From: Vulcanimicrobiota bacterium
GTDB lineage: Bacteria; Vulcanimicrobiota; Vulcanimicrobiia; Eremiobacterales; Eremiobacteraceae
Direction of reading: 5' to 3'
DNA: 64,000 nucleotides
NCBI GenBank assembly: GCA_963812135.1
Contig: CAWETU010000001.1
Span: forward strand, 224,001-288,000
Of the stretch, positions 28,656 through 37,652 are shown one piece after another. Position 1 is the first letter of the stretch. Each line of letters starts with the position of its first letter. A program made the position numbers and the translations under genes. The notes beneath the pieces were generated by a model. It searched no databases. It was not told where the DNA came from and saw only the letters and a list, made by a program, of their open reading frames with translations.

Positions 28656-29581
28656 GCGCCCGCGAGCTCCTTCGCGAAGAGCGTATAGCCGCGCATGGTG
28701 GCGCCGAAACGCTCGCTCAGATCGACCGATGCGTTCTCGTCGTACATCAAGGCGTGGATGCAGCGCGTGTAGCCGCGCGCGTGCGCCGCGCTGCGACAGC
28801 GCTCGAGCAGCACGCCTCCAAGGCCCGTGAAGCGCGCATGCGGATCGCGCGCCAGCGTCTTGACGATCATCGTATCGGCCGGCAGCCCGCGTTTGGGACG
28901 CAATAGATCCGGCAATCCGAACACGAAACCGGCGACGCGGGCGTCGTGCTCTGCGATGAAGACGATCGCGGGATCGATCATCTCGCGCAGCGGCGCGTAC
29001 ATCGCCACGAACTCCTCCTCGCCGATCGGACTGTACAGGAAGTTGCTCGCGAAGCTCGCCAGCGACACGCGGTGGATCGCGCGCATCTCGGTCTCAAAGC
29101 GCTGCAGATCGAGCGGCCGGATGCGGACGCCGCTCGATGCGAGCCGCTGTTCGATCTCGGGCGCTTTGGGATCGCGGATCTCCAAGCCGCGGTCGAGCGC
29201 CGACGTGTAGTGGGCCAGCGGCTCGAAGCCGGCCGCGCGGAAATACGCGGGCCACTCATCGGGATTGTGCGGTTCGAGGAAAAACGGCGGGTCGGCGCCG
29301 CGCTCGGTGACGAAGCGATACGAATGCCAGGTGCTGCCGTCCATCGGCCCCACCGCCAGCGTGCAGCCTTGCGCTGCGAGCTGCTCGGTCGCGCGAGCGA
29401 GCACGATTGCAGCAGCGCGCTCGCCGTCGGCTTCGAAATCGCCGATCCGTCCGACGCGGTGCGCGGCATACGCCGGCGGGTCGTTCCACCACACGCCGCA
29501 GCGCGCGTGCTGCCCGCCCTCGATCTCCACACGCACCTGCGCGTCGGCCCGCTGAGATGGTTGTGCGGGCTGTCCGCTCAT
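28652..29581 (-). CDS. GNAT N-acyltransferase (YghO/bacterial ceramide synthase-like)
   Basis: GPM..ST, PPFFLEPHNP..W...F..AGF, IRPLD..RF..E, NF.YSPI.EEE, GFVFGLPD. ATG 29581 overlaps the upstream TGA. Confidence 0.65.
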   Translation of the reverse strand: MSGQPAQPSQRADAQVRVEIEGGQHARCGVWWNDPPAYAAHRVGRIGDFEADGERAAAIVLARATEQLAAQGCTLAVGPMDGSTWHSYRFVTERGADPPFFLEPHNPDEWPAYFRAAGFEPLAHYTSALDRGLEIRDPKAPEIEQRLASSGVRIRPLDLQRFETEMRAIHRVSLASFASNFLYSPIGEEEFVAMYAPLREMIDPAIVFIAEHDARVAGFVFGLPDLLRPKRGLPADTMIVKTLARDPHARFTGLGGVLLERCRSAAHARGYTRCIHALMYDENASVDLSERFGATMRGYTLFAKELAGA

Positions 29582-30972
29582 GGAAGTGCAGGCGCTCCAG
29601 CCGCGGATCGAAACGCCCATAGGACTGCGAGGCCCGCCGCAGACACGAGCAGCGCCACAATGCCTTGCCGCACCCAGCGCGTTTCCATCTGATAATCGTT
29701 GACGCTGGGCTGCACCCAATAGAAAACCTGCACCCCCGCGGCCACGAACGGCAGGGCGAGCAACCCTGCGTCGACCCACGCACGCGTTTCGTGCACGTAT
29801 GCGAAGAACGGGATGATCGGCGCAAAGATCGCGAGCCAGCTCACCAACGACGCGGCGATAAGCGCCCGGACGCGCCCGAGCGTGGGTCGCTCGTGCATCG
29901 TGTGCCTCGCCTCGAAGATCGCCATGTGGATGGCGAAGCCCAACATATACGCGAAGAAGAACGCCGGTTGTCGCACGCCAAGCGGAAGGTGTGGATCGCC
30001 GTACGTCGCCGCGAGCACCACCCAGATCACCCCGGCGAGACTCACGCTTTCGACCGTGTGGACATTGTGGCGGCGATATCCCTCGTCTTTTGCGGAGACG
30101 CGGACGCCGTGGCGAGCATCGTTGATCACGATCGCCGCCGGCGCGAGCAGCCACATCCATCCGCCGAGCGCCCAGGCGACGAACGCGAACAACACGCATG
30201 CCATCAGTGCGTCGTCGTCGAGCGTCGATTGACGCCGTAGCGCATAGGAGAATGCGACAAACGCTAGCACGACGGCCAGTCGTATGACGAGCTCGGGCCA
30301 GCTCAAGTGGATGAAGTTCTGGAGCAGCGCGAAGCCGGCCAGCGGAATGGTGAGGTTGTCCAGGCCGCGCCACGCGATCGCCTCGACCAACATGACCAAG
30401 AAGCCGAGGATGACGGCGATGAGCAGCGCTTCCAGCCGGCCGGTCGTCGAGAACAGCAACAACGGGATATGGACGCACAGGAACGCGACGCCGAAGCACG
30501 CGAGCGAACCTTCGACGCTCTTGATGCCGTCGGGTGTGGCGAAGCGGACAGAACCGTAGCGCACGCCGACCAATGCCGCGACGGCGTCGGCGAACGTCAG
30601 CGTGAGGATCGGGATGCTGAACAGCAGTTTGTCGCCGTGCGATAGCACGAACAGCGTCGCAACGCCGATCGTATAGAAGAACTCGCCGAACGACTCGCGG
30701 TTCACCGCGTGCAGCACGCTGCCGAACTCGCGCTTCATCGCGGGCAACACCCGGATCGAGAGCAACGCCAGCGCTGCGAGCGAGGACAGGACGATGACCG
30801 GCCACGTGGCCGAGAAGATCCATGGCAGCGTGAGGCTGACCAGACCCATCCCTAGGTGCAACAGCTTGCGCGCGAGCTCCGGACCGAGCCTCGAGCGCGC
30901 CGCGCGCAGGCCGAGGAAGAGCGTGCCGAACGCGCCGAGCACGAGCGCGATGCCGAGCAGCGGCGGTATCAT
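29578..30972 (-). CDS. Polytopic CTP-dependent kinase/cytidylyltransferase-fold protein (phytol/dolichol kinase-like)
   Basis: RKLLH, AD.VAALVG..YG, KSVEGS, GLDNLTIP; many TM helices. Confidence 0.75.
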   Translation of the reverse strand: MIPPLLGIALVLGAFGTLFLGLRAARSRLGPELARKLLHLGMGLVSLTLPWIFSATWPVIVLSSLAALALLSIRVLPAMKREFGSVLHAVNRESFGEFFYTIGVATLFVLSHGDKLLFSIPILTLTFADAVAALVGVRYGSVRFATPDGIKSVEGSLACFGVAFLCVHIPLLLFSTTGRLEALLIAVILGFLVMLVEAIAWRGLDNLTIPLAGFALLQNFIHLSWPELVIRLAVVLAFVAFSYALRRQSTLDDDALMACVLFAFVAWALGGWMWLLAPAAIVINDARHGVRVSAKDEGYRRHNVHTVESVSLAGVIWVVLAATYGDPHLPLGVRQPAFFFAYMLGFAIHMAIFEARHTMHERPTLGRVRALIAASLVSWLAIFAPIIPFFAYVHETRAWVDAGLLALPFVAAGVQVFYWVQPSVNDYQMETRWVRQGIVALLVSAAGLAVLWAFRSAAGAPALP

Positions 30973-32069
30973 GCGCGCACCTGCTCGACCACCAGCGCGT
31001 CATAAAAAAACGCTTTGTCTTGGTCGTGCAGGCGCGCCGCCTCGTCGATGAGCGGGAGCAGACGATTCGCCATCGCTTCGGGGCGGCTGCGCGGCACCAT
31101 CATGTTCCAGTAGACGAGGCGAGCGCCAGGCGTGCACGCGCCGGCCACCTGCTCGAGCAACGCGGCGTAGTTCTCGGCGGACATGTATTCGAAGATGTCG
31201 CTCAAGTTCGCGCCGTCGAATGCCGGCACGCTCGCTTGTTGCAGGTACGTCTCCAGCGGCAGGCGGTGCCACTCCAACCGATCGAGGTTGGCGCGGATGC
31301 GCTCGAAGTTCTCGGCGCGCAGCGCGAAGGGAAGCGCGTCGCCGTGGCGGCCGGTAAGGATCCAATGCAGGTAGGGGTTGGCGGCCGGCTCGAGATCGAC
31401 GAGCGCGTGGCGGCTGCGCGCGAGCAGGCGGTCGCCGATCGCGCCGTCGACGTAGTCGAAGAATCGCGGGTCGCGCCCGAAACGCCCCATCACCGTGCGC
31501 GAGAAGAACAATCTGAACAGCATGCGCCAACGCCACGAATCCCACGTGCGATCGTAGAACTCCGCGCGGCTCGGCGCATCCTTCGGCTCGAGCAGTTCGT
31601 CGACCGTGCGGCGCGAGTGCAGCATGGGCAAGACGCGCGAGCGGAACAGGGCGAAGTAATCTTCGAACTTTCCGGCGGCGCCGATGCCGTGCGCGATCGC
31701 GTCAACACGATCGTCCCAGAACGAGCTGGCCTCGCCGGAGAGTTGCGCGCGACATCGTTGATACAGGACGGGCCGGCGTTCGCTTGGGGTCGAGCCGATG
31801 AGCTCGAGCAGCTCTGCATGCGAGAGCGTGCGGTACGCAGCCACGCGCAGCTCCAAGCATGCGAGCTGCGCCTGCGAAAGATCGAGCGCCACCACTTTTT
31901 GCGGACCGCAGGCGAGCAGCGCGAGGGCGTTGTCGCCAGCGGATGCGATCGAGAGATACCTCTTGCCGGGCTGCACCTGCAGCGCTTGCAGCAGGACGTC
32001 GGCGTCTTCCCAGCATTGGGCGTAGCGGATAATCGTGAAATCTGATTTCTGCGCGACCTCACTGCGCAT
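30969..32069 (-). CDS. BtaA/DUF3419 SAM-dependent 3-amino-3-carboxypropyl transferase-like
   Basis: IRYAQCWED, IASAGDNAL, DLS..Q, GKFE.YF, NPYL, LSDIFEYM. Confidence 0.8.
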   Translation of the reverse strand: MRSEVAQKSDFTIIRYAQCWEDADVLLQALQVQPGKRYLSIASAGDNALALLACGPQKVVALDLSQAQLACLELRVAAYRTLSHAELLELIGSTPSERRPVLYQRCRAQLSGEASSFWDDRVDAIAHGIGAAGKFEDYFALFRSRVLPMLHSRRTVDELLEPKDAPSRAEFYDRTWDSWRWRMLFRLFFSRTVMGRFGRDPRFFDYVDGAIGDRLLARSRHALVDLEPAANPYLHWILTGRHGDALPFALRAENFERIRANLDRLEWHRLPLETYLQQASVPAFDGANLSDIFEYMSAENYAALLEQVAGACTPGARLVYWNMMVPRSRPEAMANRLLPLIDEAARLHDQDKAFFYDALVVEQVRA

Positions 32070-34764
32070 GTGCCAGCTCCGCCGCCAGCTGGATGCGGGT
32101 CAGCACGCCGGTGGCGCCGTCGAACTCGACGTGGTCGCCGTCTTTGAGCCACGACGTCAGACCTTCGATCGAAACGATCGCCGGAATGCCCATCTCGCGC
32201 GCGACGATCGCCGCGTGCGAGAGCAGGCTGCCGCGCTCCACCAAAATGCCGCTCGCGGCGGGGAAGAGCATCACCCAGCTCGGGTCGGTGCGTTCGGCGA
32301 CGAGCACGTCGCCCTTGTGCAGCGTCGCCGCATGCGGATCGCGCACGACGCGAACGGTCCCGCGGACTACGCCGGGGCAACACCCGGTCCCGGTGCGCGT
32401 CTCGCCTGTCGCACGCGGCGCTGCGCCGTTCGGAATCGGTGGGTCTTCGACGTCGATCGAGACATCGGCGCCATCGACCGGGCCGTGCGTCACGAAGCGA
32501 TCGGGCGGTGGGGGCATCTGGCGGTAGCGTTCGAACTCCGCCTTGCGTGCGGCGACGCGAGCTTTGAGGTCAACGGCGGCATCAGGTCTCTCGACCTCTC
32601 CGAGCGCCTCGTCGAGCTCGAGGTAGAAGATGTCGCGCGGTTCGTCCAGCAACCCGCGCTCGGCAAAGCACCGGCCCAACGCTATGAAGATCGCGCGGAT
32701 GCGGCCGAAGAGCCGCGTGCGCCCGAATCGCAGGTTCTCGCGATCGACGATGCGGCCGCGTGCGTTCTTCACGATCCAGGCGAACATCGCGCGGCGCAGC
32801 GGTGCGCGTGCGAGCGCCGTGGCCACGCGCTGTTCCGCCGCCGCACGCAGCGACGGGTGTAGCCCGGTCGCGTCAGCGCTCGCCGGTAACGCCTGCGCTG
32901 CGAGCCGTCCAACCGCTCGGAGCAACATCGAGGGATCGTCGCGCAAGGTCGGGCTCTCGAGTTTGAGCTCGCCGTCGCAGCGATCGCCGAATTCGCGCAT
33001 GTAGTTCTCGAGGAGCTCGTTCACGCGACTGTCGCGGCGCAACGCTGCCAACGCGTCGGATGTCGGCGCGTTGGCCAATGCCTCGACAAGCGCCGGCTCG
33101 GCTGCAGCCGCAACGGCGAGCGCGCGGATGGCCGCGGCAGGGCGGGTGCTGATCATGCCGCCTTGCCCGCAGAGCAGATCGTTTTGCAGCGTGCCGGCGC
33201 TGTCGCCGCACCATGTGTTGCACGCGCGCCGCAAGAGGCCGTAGAAGATCATCGCAAAGAAATCATTGATGAGCGGCGCATCCCAATCGTTGACCAAGCG
33301 TTGCTCGAGGCGGCGATATTCGCGCACGATTTCGTCAGGGCCGAGGCCCGCTAGTCGCTGCGGGTCGGACGCGAGCGCGTCGTCGAGCACGTGATAGAAG
33401 CGCCGCATGCGCGCGCGCAGCGTCAGGTGGTGCCACGCCAGCGCCGCGCTCGTGCGCGCGACGGCGAGCGCGTCCGCGAGCCGGCTGCCCGTCTGGGCGC
33501 CGCGCACGTCGGCGAGCACGGACTCAGGCAGCGCCTCCTTGACGCCCATCATCTGTTCCATGAAGCGGCGGTTGATGCGGAATCCGGGCAGCAGCGCGAG
33601 CAAGCGATACCAATTCAGCAGATTGTAGTAGATGCGGCCGCGGATAAGGCCGAGCATGTTGCGAAACGTCTCGTCGTGCGCCGCTGCGACGCGATCGGGG
33701 ATGGCCAAGAGCCGGAAGAACTGGCGGTACGCGCTGTCGTAGGCGTGCTGCGCGAACGTGAAGGTGAGCGGCGTCGTCATGCCGCCGTAGCTCTCCGCGA
33801 TGTTGCTGTTATCCCAGATCGTGATATCGCCGGCGTGTGCTGTCGCGGCCAGCGACGTGATCGGCCGCGCTTGCAACAGATACAGCCGTCCGCTCCGATA
33901 CGCCCACTCGATGTCCTGGGGCGCGCCGAAATGCTGCTCGGCCTTGCGAGCGAGCTGCGCGACCTCGCGCACTGCGGCGTCGTCGAGCGCGGGCTGCTTG
34001 GCATGATCCGTCGAGATCTCGACCGCCTCGACGCCTTCGACGCTCGTCGGACTGCGCCGATGGGCGGCGCGCTTGTCGGCGATGATGCGCTCGACGATGC
34101 GGTCCCCGCGATCGACTTTGTACGTGTCGGCGTCCGCTTCGCCCGAGACAAGCGCGGTGCCCAGCCCGAACACGGCGCTGATCACGGCGATGTCGCGTGC
34201 CCCGCTGACCGGATCGGCGGAAAACGCGACGCCCGACGCGTCTGCGTCGATCATGCGTTGCACCAGCACGACGGGCGGCGCGGGCGCAGGCGCGAGGCCG
34301 CGATTGCCTCGGTACGCGGCCACTCGCTGCGTGAACGCAGATGCCCAGACCCGCGCGACGCGGTCGGCGACCTGATCGGCAGGGACGAAGAGATAGCTTT
34401 CGAGCTGCCCGGCGAAGGATTGTTGCGCGGCGTCTTCGTCGGCAGCGGAGGAGCGCACGGCGAAGACGTCGCCGGAACTCGCCGCGAGCGCGCGCACGGC
34501 GTCGTCAATCGCAGCCACGACGTCCTCGAGCGGCCGCACCGTGCGCAGCGTCGTCAGGTCATCGTCGGTCGGCGAAGCGTGCGAGAGCGCGGCCTGCTGT
34601 TCCGCCGTGAGGCTTGCGCGCCACGCGTCCGTCGAGATCGCGAACCATTGCGGCACCGGCATCCGTGCGGCGGTGAGCGATGCGAGCGCGCTGCCCTTTC
34701 CTCCGAAGCGGGCGATCGCATCGGCTGCGGCGACGTCGTCGCTAGAGCGGACGATGTAGCTCAT
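32059..34764 (-). CDS. PEP-synthase/rifampicin-phosphotransferase-like dikinase (ATP-grasp, substrate domain, His-swivel)
   Basis: GGKG, AVRSSA.DED..SFAGQ, PQDIEWA, LQARPIT; C-terminal TDPSW and GSLLSHAAIVARE. ATG 34764 overlaps the upstream TGA. Confidence 0.88.
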   Translation of the reverse strand: MSYIVRSSDDVAAADAIARFGGKGSALASLTAARMPVPQWFAISTDAWRASLTAEQQAALSHASPTDDDLTTLRTVRPLEDVVAAIDDAVRALAASSGDVFAVRSSAADEDAAQQSFAGQLESYLFVPADQVADRVARVWASAFTQRVAAYRGNRGLAPAPAPPVVLVQRMIDADASGVAFSADPVSGARDIAVISAVFGLGTALVSGEADADTYKVDRGDRIVERIIADKRAAHRRSPTSVEGVEAVEISTDHAKQPALDDAAVREVAQLARKAEQHFGAPQDIEWAYRSGRLYLLQARPITSLAATAHAGDITIWDNSNIAESYGGMTTPLTFTFAQHAYDSAYRQFFRLLAIPDRVAAAHDETFRNMLGLIRGRIYYNLLNWYRLLALLPGFRINRRFMEQMMGVKEALPESVLADVRGAQTGSRLADALAVARTSAALAWHHLTLRARMRRFYHVLDDALASDPQRLAGLGPDEIVREYRRLEQRLVNDWDAPLINDFFAMIFYGLLRRACNTWCGDSAGTLQNDLLCGQGGMISTRPAAAIRALAVAAAAEPALVEALANAPTSDALAALRRDSRVNELLENYMREFGDRCDGELKLESPTLRDDPSMLLRAVGRLAAQALPASADATGLHPSLRAAAEQRVATALARAPLRRAMFAWIVKNARGRIVDRENLRFGRTRLFGRIRAIFIALGRCFAERGLLDEPRDIFYLELDEALGEVERPDAAVDLKARVAARKAEFERYRQMPPPPDRFVTHGPVDGADVSIDVEDPPIPNGAAPRATGETRTGTGCCPGVVRGTVRVVRDPHAATLHKGDVLVAERTDPSWVMLFPAASGILVERGSLLSHAAIVAREMGIPAIVSIEGLTSWLKDGDHVEFDGATGVLTRIQLAAELAHAQ

Positions 34765-35687
34765 CGCTGCACGAGCGCGCTGCCCGCGCGCACGGCCATC
34801 GGAATGACGCCCAGACCGAGGTACATGCCGAGCGTCCACACGCCTGACATGAGCTCGATCGCCTTTGACGCCGCATGCGTCGGCCGCCGCACGAACGTCA
34901 GCGCCGACCAGGCGGCCACAGCCGCCAGCGCGCCGAGCAGCAGCGCACCGGGCAGCGTGAAATTGATCTGCGCCGCTGCTCCGACGCCGAGCGCTGCGGT
35001 CGCGAGCACAGCGCCGAGCCACACGAGCGGAGCGGCGCGGCGGCCCCACAACACCGTGTAGGTCTCCACGCCGCGCTCTTCATCTTCGCTGGCGCGGATC
35101 TTACGGCCGACTTCGATCACGATGCCGTTCACGAAACTCACCGCCAGGAACCAGAAGAGACCGGCCGGTGGTGGTACGCGCGCCACGAGCCAGTCGAAGG
35201 CGGTGACATAGAAGTCGATCAGCGGCATGATGAACATATGCGAAAGCAGGTAGCTGACCGGATGCACCTTCAGCCATCCGCTGACGAAGAACTCTTTCGT
35301 CATCAGCCCGAAATAAGCCCACACGCCGGCGAGAATGAGACACAGCGCCGGATCGATCAGCAGCGCGATGGCCAGCTGGATGAGCGCTCCCGCGACGCCG
35401 ACCACGCCGAGCTCCCGCAGACTGACCAGGCCGCGCTGCACGGGCCGATACGGGCGGTACGCGAGATCGTCGTCGTAGTCTTTGAACTCGTCAGCGATAC
35501 GCAGCTGCGCGAAGAAGATGAACGACGATGCGAAGCCGCTCAGCAACAGCGGCCACGGCGGGAAATGGCTGCTGCCCCGCAGCAGCGCGGAGAAGCACAT
35601 CGCCGAGGCGCTGAACGCCGCGATCAGCGGACCGTGCGCGAGCACCGGAAAGCGCTCGCGCTGGTAGACGATGAAGCGTCCGATCAC
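34761..35687 (-). CDS. UbiA-superfamily membrane prenyltransferase-like protein
   Basis: RIADEFKD..DD...RP.RPVQRG Asp-rich motif, multiple TMs, RKIR...E..GVETY. Confidence 0.75.
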   Translation of the reverse strand: MIGRFIVYQRERFPVLAHGPLIAAFSASAMCFSALLRGSSHFPPWPLLLSGFASSFIFFAQLRIADEFKDYDDDLAYRPYRPVQRGLVSLRELGVVGVAGALIQLAIALLIDPALCLILAGVWAYFGLMTKEFFVSGWLKVHPVSYLLSHMFIMPLIDFYVTAFDWLVARVPPPAGLFWFLAVSFVNGIVIEVGRKIRASEDEERGVETYTVLWGRRAAPLVWLGAVLATAALGVGAAAQINFTLPGALLLGALAAVAAWSALTFVRRPTHAASKAIELMSGVWTLGMYLGLGVIPMAVRAGSALVQR

Positions 35688-36880
35688 GCGTGTCGGTCAG
35701 GTTGCGGCTCCGGCGTGCCGCGTGCGAGCCGTTCGTGCGCGCTCGCGAACTCAGCGGCGCAGAGCGCGCCCGAGATCGAGAGCTCGCCGGCGAGGCACAC
35801 GCCGGCGCAGATCTCGGCGAACGCGTTGGCCGGCTGTTCAGCCGGCAGTCCGAGTATGTCGAGACACGCGCGCTGCGATGGCAGCCCGGTCCCGCCGCCG
35901 ACCGCGCCGACGATCACGTTCGGCAGCGTGACGGAGGCGTAGAGGTCACCGTTCTCCGTCAACGTGAAGCGCGAGATGCCGATCGCCGATTCGGCGACGC
36001 ATGCCGCATCTTGGCCGCAGGCGATGTACAGCGCGGCGAGCCCGTTCGCGTAATGCCCCTCGATGCCGATCGCGCCGCTCATCACGGCGCCGACCGCGCC
36101 CATCTGCCAGTATTCGGTCAAATGCCGCGGCGTCGCATGCAGCCATTCCTCGCTCAGCCGTGAAGGCAGCGTCACTTCGGCGATCGCGCGGCGGCCGCGC
36201 AAGCCGAGCATCGACATGACCGTCGCTTTCTTGTCGCCGGAGAAATTGGCTTCGAGGAAGTGATGCTGCGGTTTGACCGGTGAGCGCTGCGCGATGAAGG
36301 TGCACATGGCCTGCGTCGCGATGGTCGCCATGTTCTGGCCGGCCGCCTCGCCGGTGGCGAACGAGAACGTCACGTAGACGCGATTACCTTCCACTGTGGT
36401 GCGCAACGACTCGAGCCGGCCGTGACGAGTGGTCGCGCCAGCGACGCCACGCAGCGCTTCGAGCTGGTCGCGGATCCATGACGCGAACGAGTTCGCTTCG
36501 GCCAGATCGACGAACGCGAAACCCGGTGCGCGGGTCACAGACGACGCATCCACGAGCGCGGTGCAGCCGCCTACCGCGGTGATGAGCTGGGCACCGCGGC
36601 TATAGGAAGCGACGAGCGCAGCTTCGGTCGTGGCCAGCGGCAGGTAGAAATCGCCGCGCGCATGGGCGCCGTTGACGCGCAGCGGCCCGGCAACGCCGAC
36701 CGGCACCTTCACCGTGCCGATGAAGTTTTCGATGTTGCGCGCGAAGGCTGTCAGTCGCGCGAGGGTGTGCGCATCAGCAAGCTCTGCGCGCACGGCATCC
36801 GACGCGCCGAGCTGATCCCAGCGCCGCGCCACCGACTCCGATGTCAGCTGCGCCGATCGATCGATCTTCGGCTTGTCCAC
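35684..36880 (-). CDS. Class I HMG-CoA reductase-like protein
   Basis: ENFIG, PLATTEAALVAS, EAAGQNM, DKK, GQD, GAVGGGT, AHERL. Confidence 0.9.
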   Translation of the reverse strand: MDKPKIDRSAQLTSESVARRWDQLGASDAVRAELADAHTLARLTAFARNIENFIGTVKVPVGVAGPLRVNGAHARGDFYLPLATTEAALVASYSRGAQLITAVGGCTALVDASSVTRAPGFAFVDLAEANSFASWIRDQLEALRGVAGATTRHGRLESLRTTVEGNRVYVTFSFATGEAAGQNMATIATQAMCTFIAQRSPVKPQHHFLEANFSGDKKATVMSMLGLRGRRAIAEVTLPSRLSEEWLHATPRHLTEYWQMGAVGAVMSGAIGIEGHYANGLAALYIACGQDAACVAESAIGISRFTLTENGDLYASVTLPNVIVGAVGGGTGLPSQRACLDILGLPAEQPANAFAEICAGVCLAGELSISGALCAAEFASAHERLARGTPEPQPDRHA

Positions 36881-37024
36881 GGGCCCTCATTTGTACCAGG
36901 CGATGCCCAGTTAGTGACCGGAACGTGCTCTATCCTGGTATTTGCATCGCCGGCGCGCGTACCGTCCCGTGCGCGGGGCACGCGTCCCCGGCTTGAAAGG
37001 CGTCAAGCAGGCGCGAGGGAGCCG

Positions 37025-37652
37025 CTAGGGCCAGCGGAGTTCGAGCGGATCGGTCGCCGGCGTCTTGTCCGCGCCGGTGAGCGCGAAGCCCTCGATCCCG
37101 CCAGGCGATTGTTCGAAATAGCGCGCCGCGTCGCCGCGACCATCGGCGACGAGCTCGCCCACTTTTGCGGTCGTTCCGCCGCGAGTCTCCCACAACGCAT
37201 AGCGCGCATGCGGCGAAAGACCGTCCGCGACGACATAGATCCAATGGCCGTCGGCGGCCTGTATGACCTTGGCGTCGCCGCCCTTGCCGGTCAACGGATG
37301 GTGGACGAAGTGGCTGTGCACGAGCGCATCGACCGGCACGCTGACGGCCTCGTTTCGCAGCTGCACGTTCCACAAGATCAAGCCCAGACACGCCGCGATC
37401 GCGCCGGCGGCGATCCACGTGGACACCGGCCGTCGCGGCCGCAGCACGGTGACGCCGATATCGGGCGACATGCGCTTCACCGGACGTCGGCGCCTCAAGC
37501 GACGCGAGCGCGCCGACGCCTGCCATCGCATCGGCGAGCAACACGGCGCAGGTCGGGCACGTATCCGCGTGGTCGAGCAGCGCGCGCGCGGTCGCGTCGT
37601 CCAAACTGCCGAGCGCGAAGGCCTCGATCTCGTCGTACGGATGTTGCGTCAT
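37025..37652 (-). pseudogene. RskA-like zinc-finger anti-sigma factor, split by one extra base
   Basis: Frame A: H..TC.TC ZAS motif up to LEAP. Frame B: RPVKR..., TM helix, extracytoplasmic domain with Y.LW. Removing one base near 37487 gives a 208-aa ORF. Confidence 0.8.

Noticed and set aside
32059..34764. Rifampicin resistance gene (rph) or PEP synthase
   Set aside because: Domain order rules out PpsA. Tight coupling in a biosynthetic-looking operon argues against a stand-alone resistance gene.
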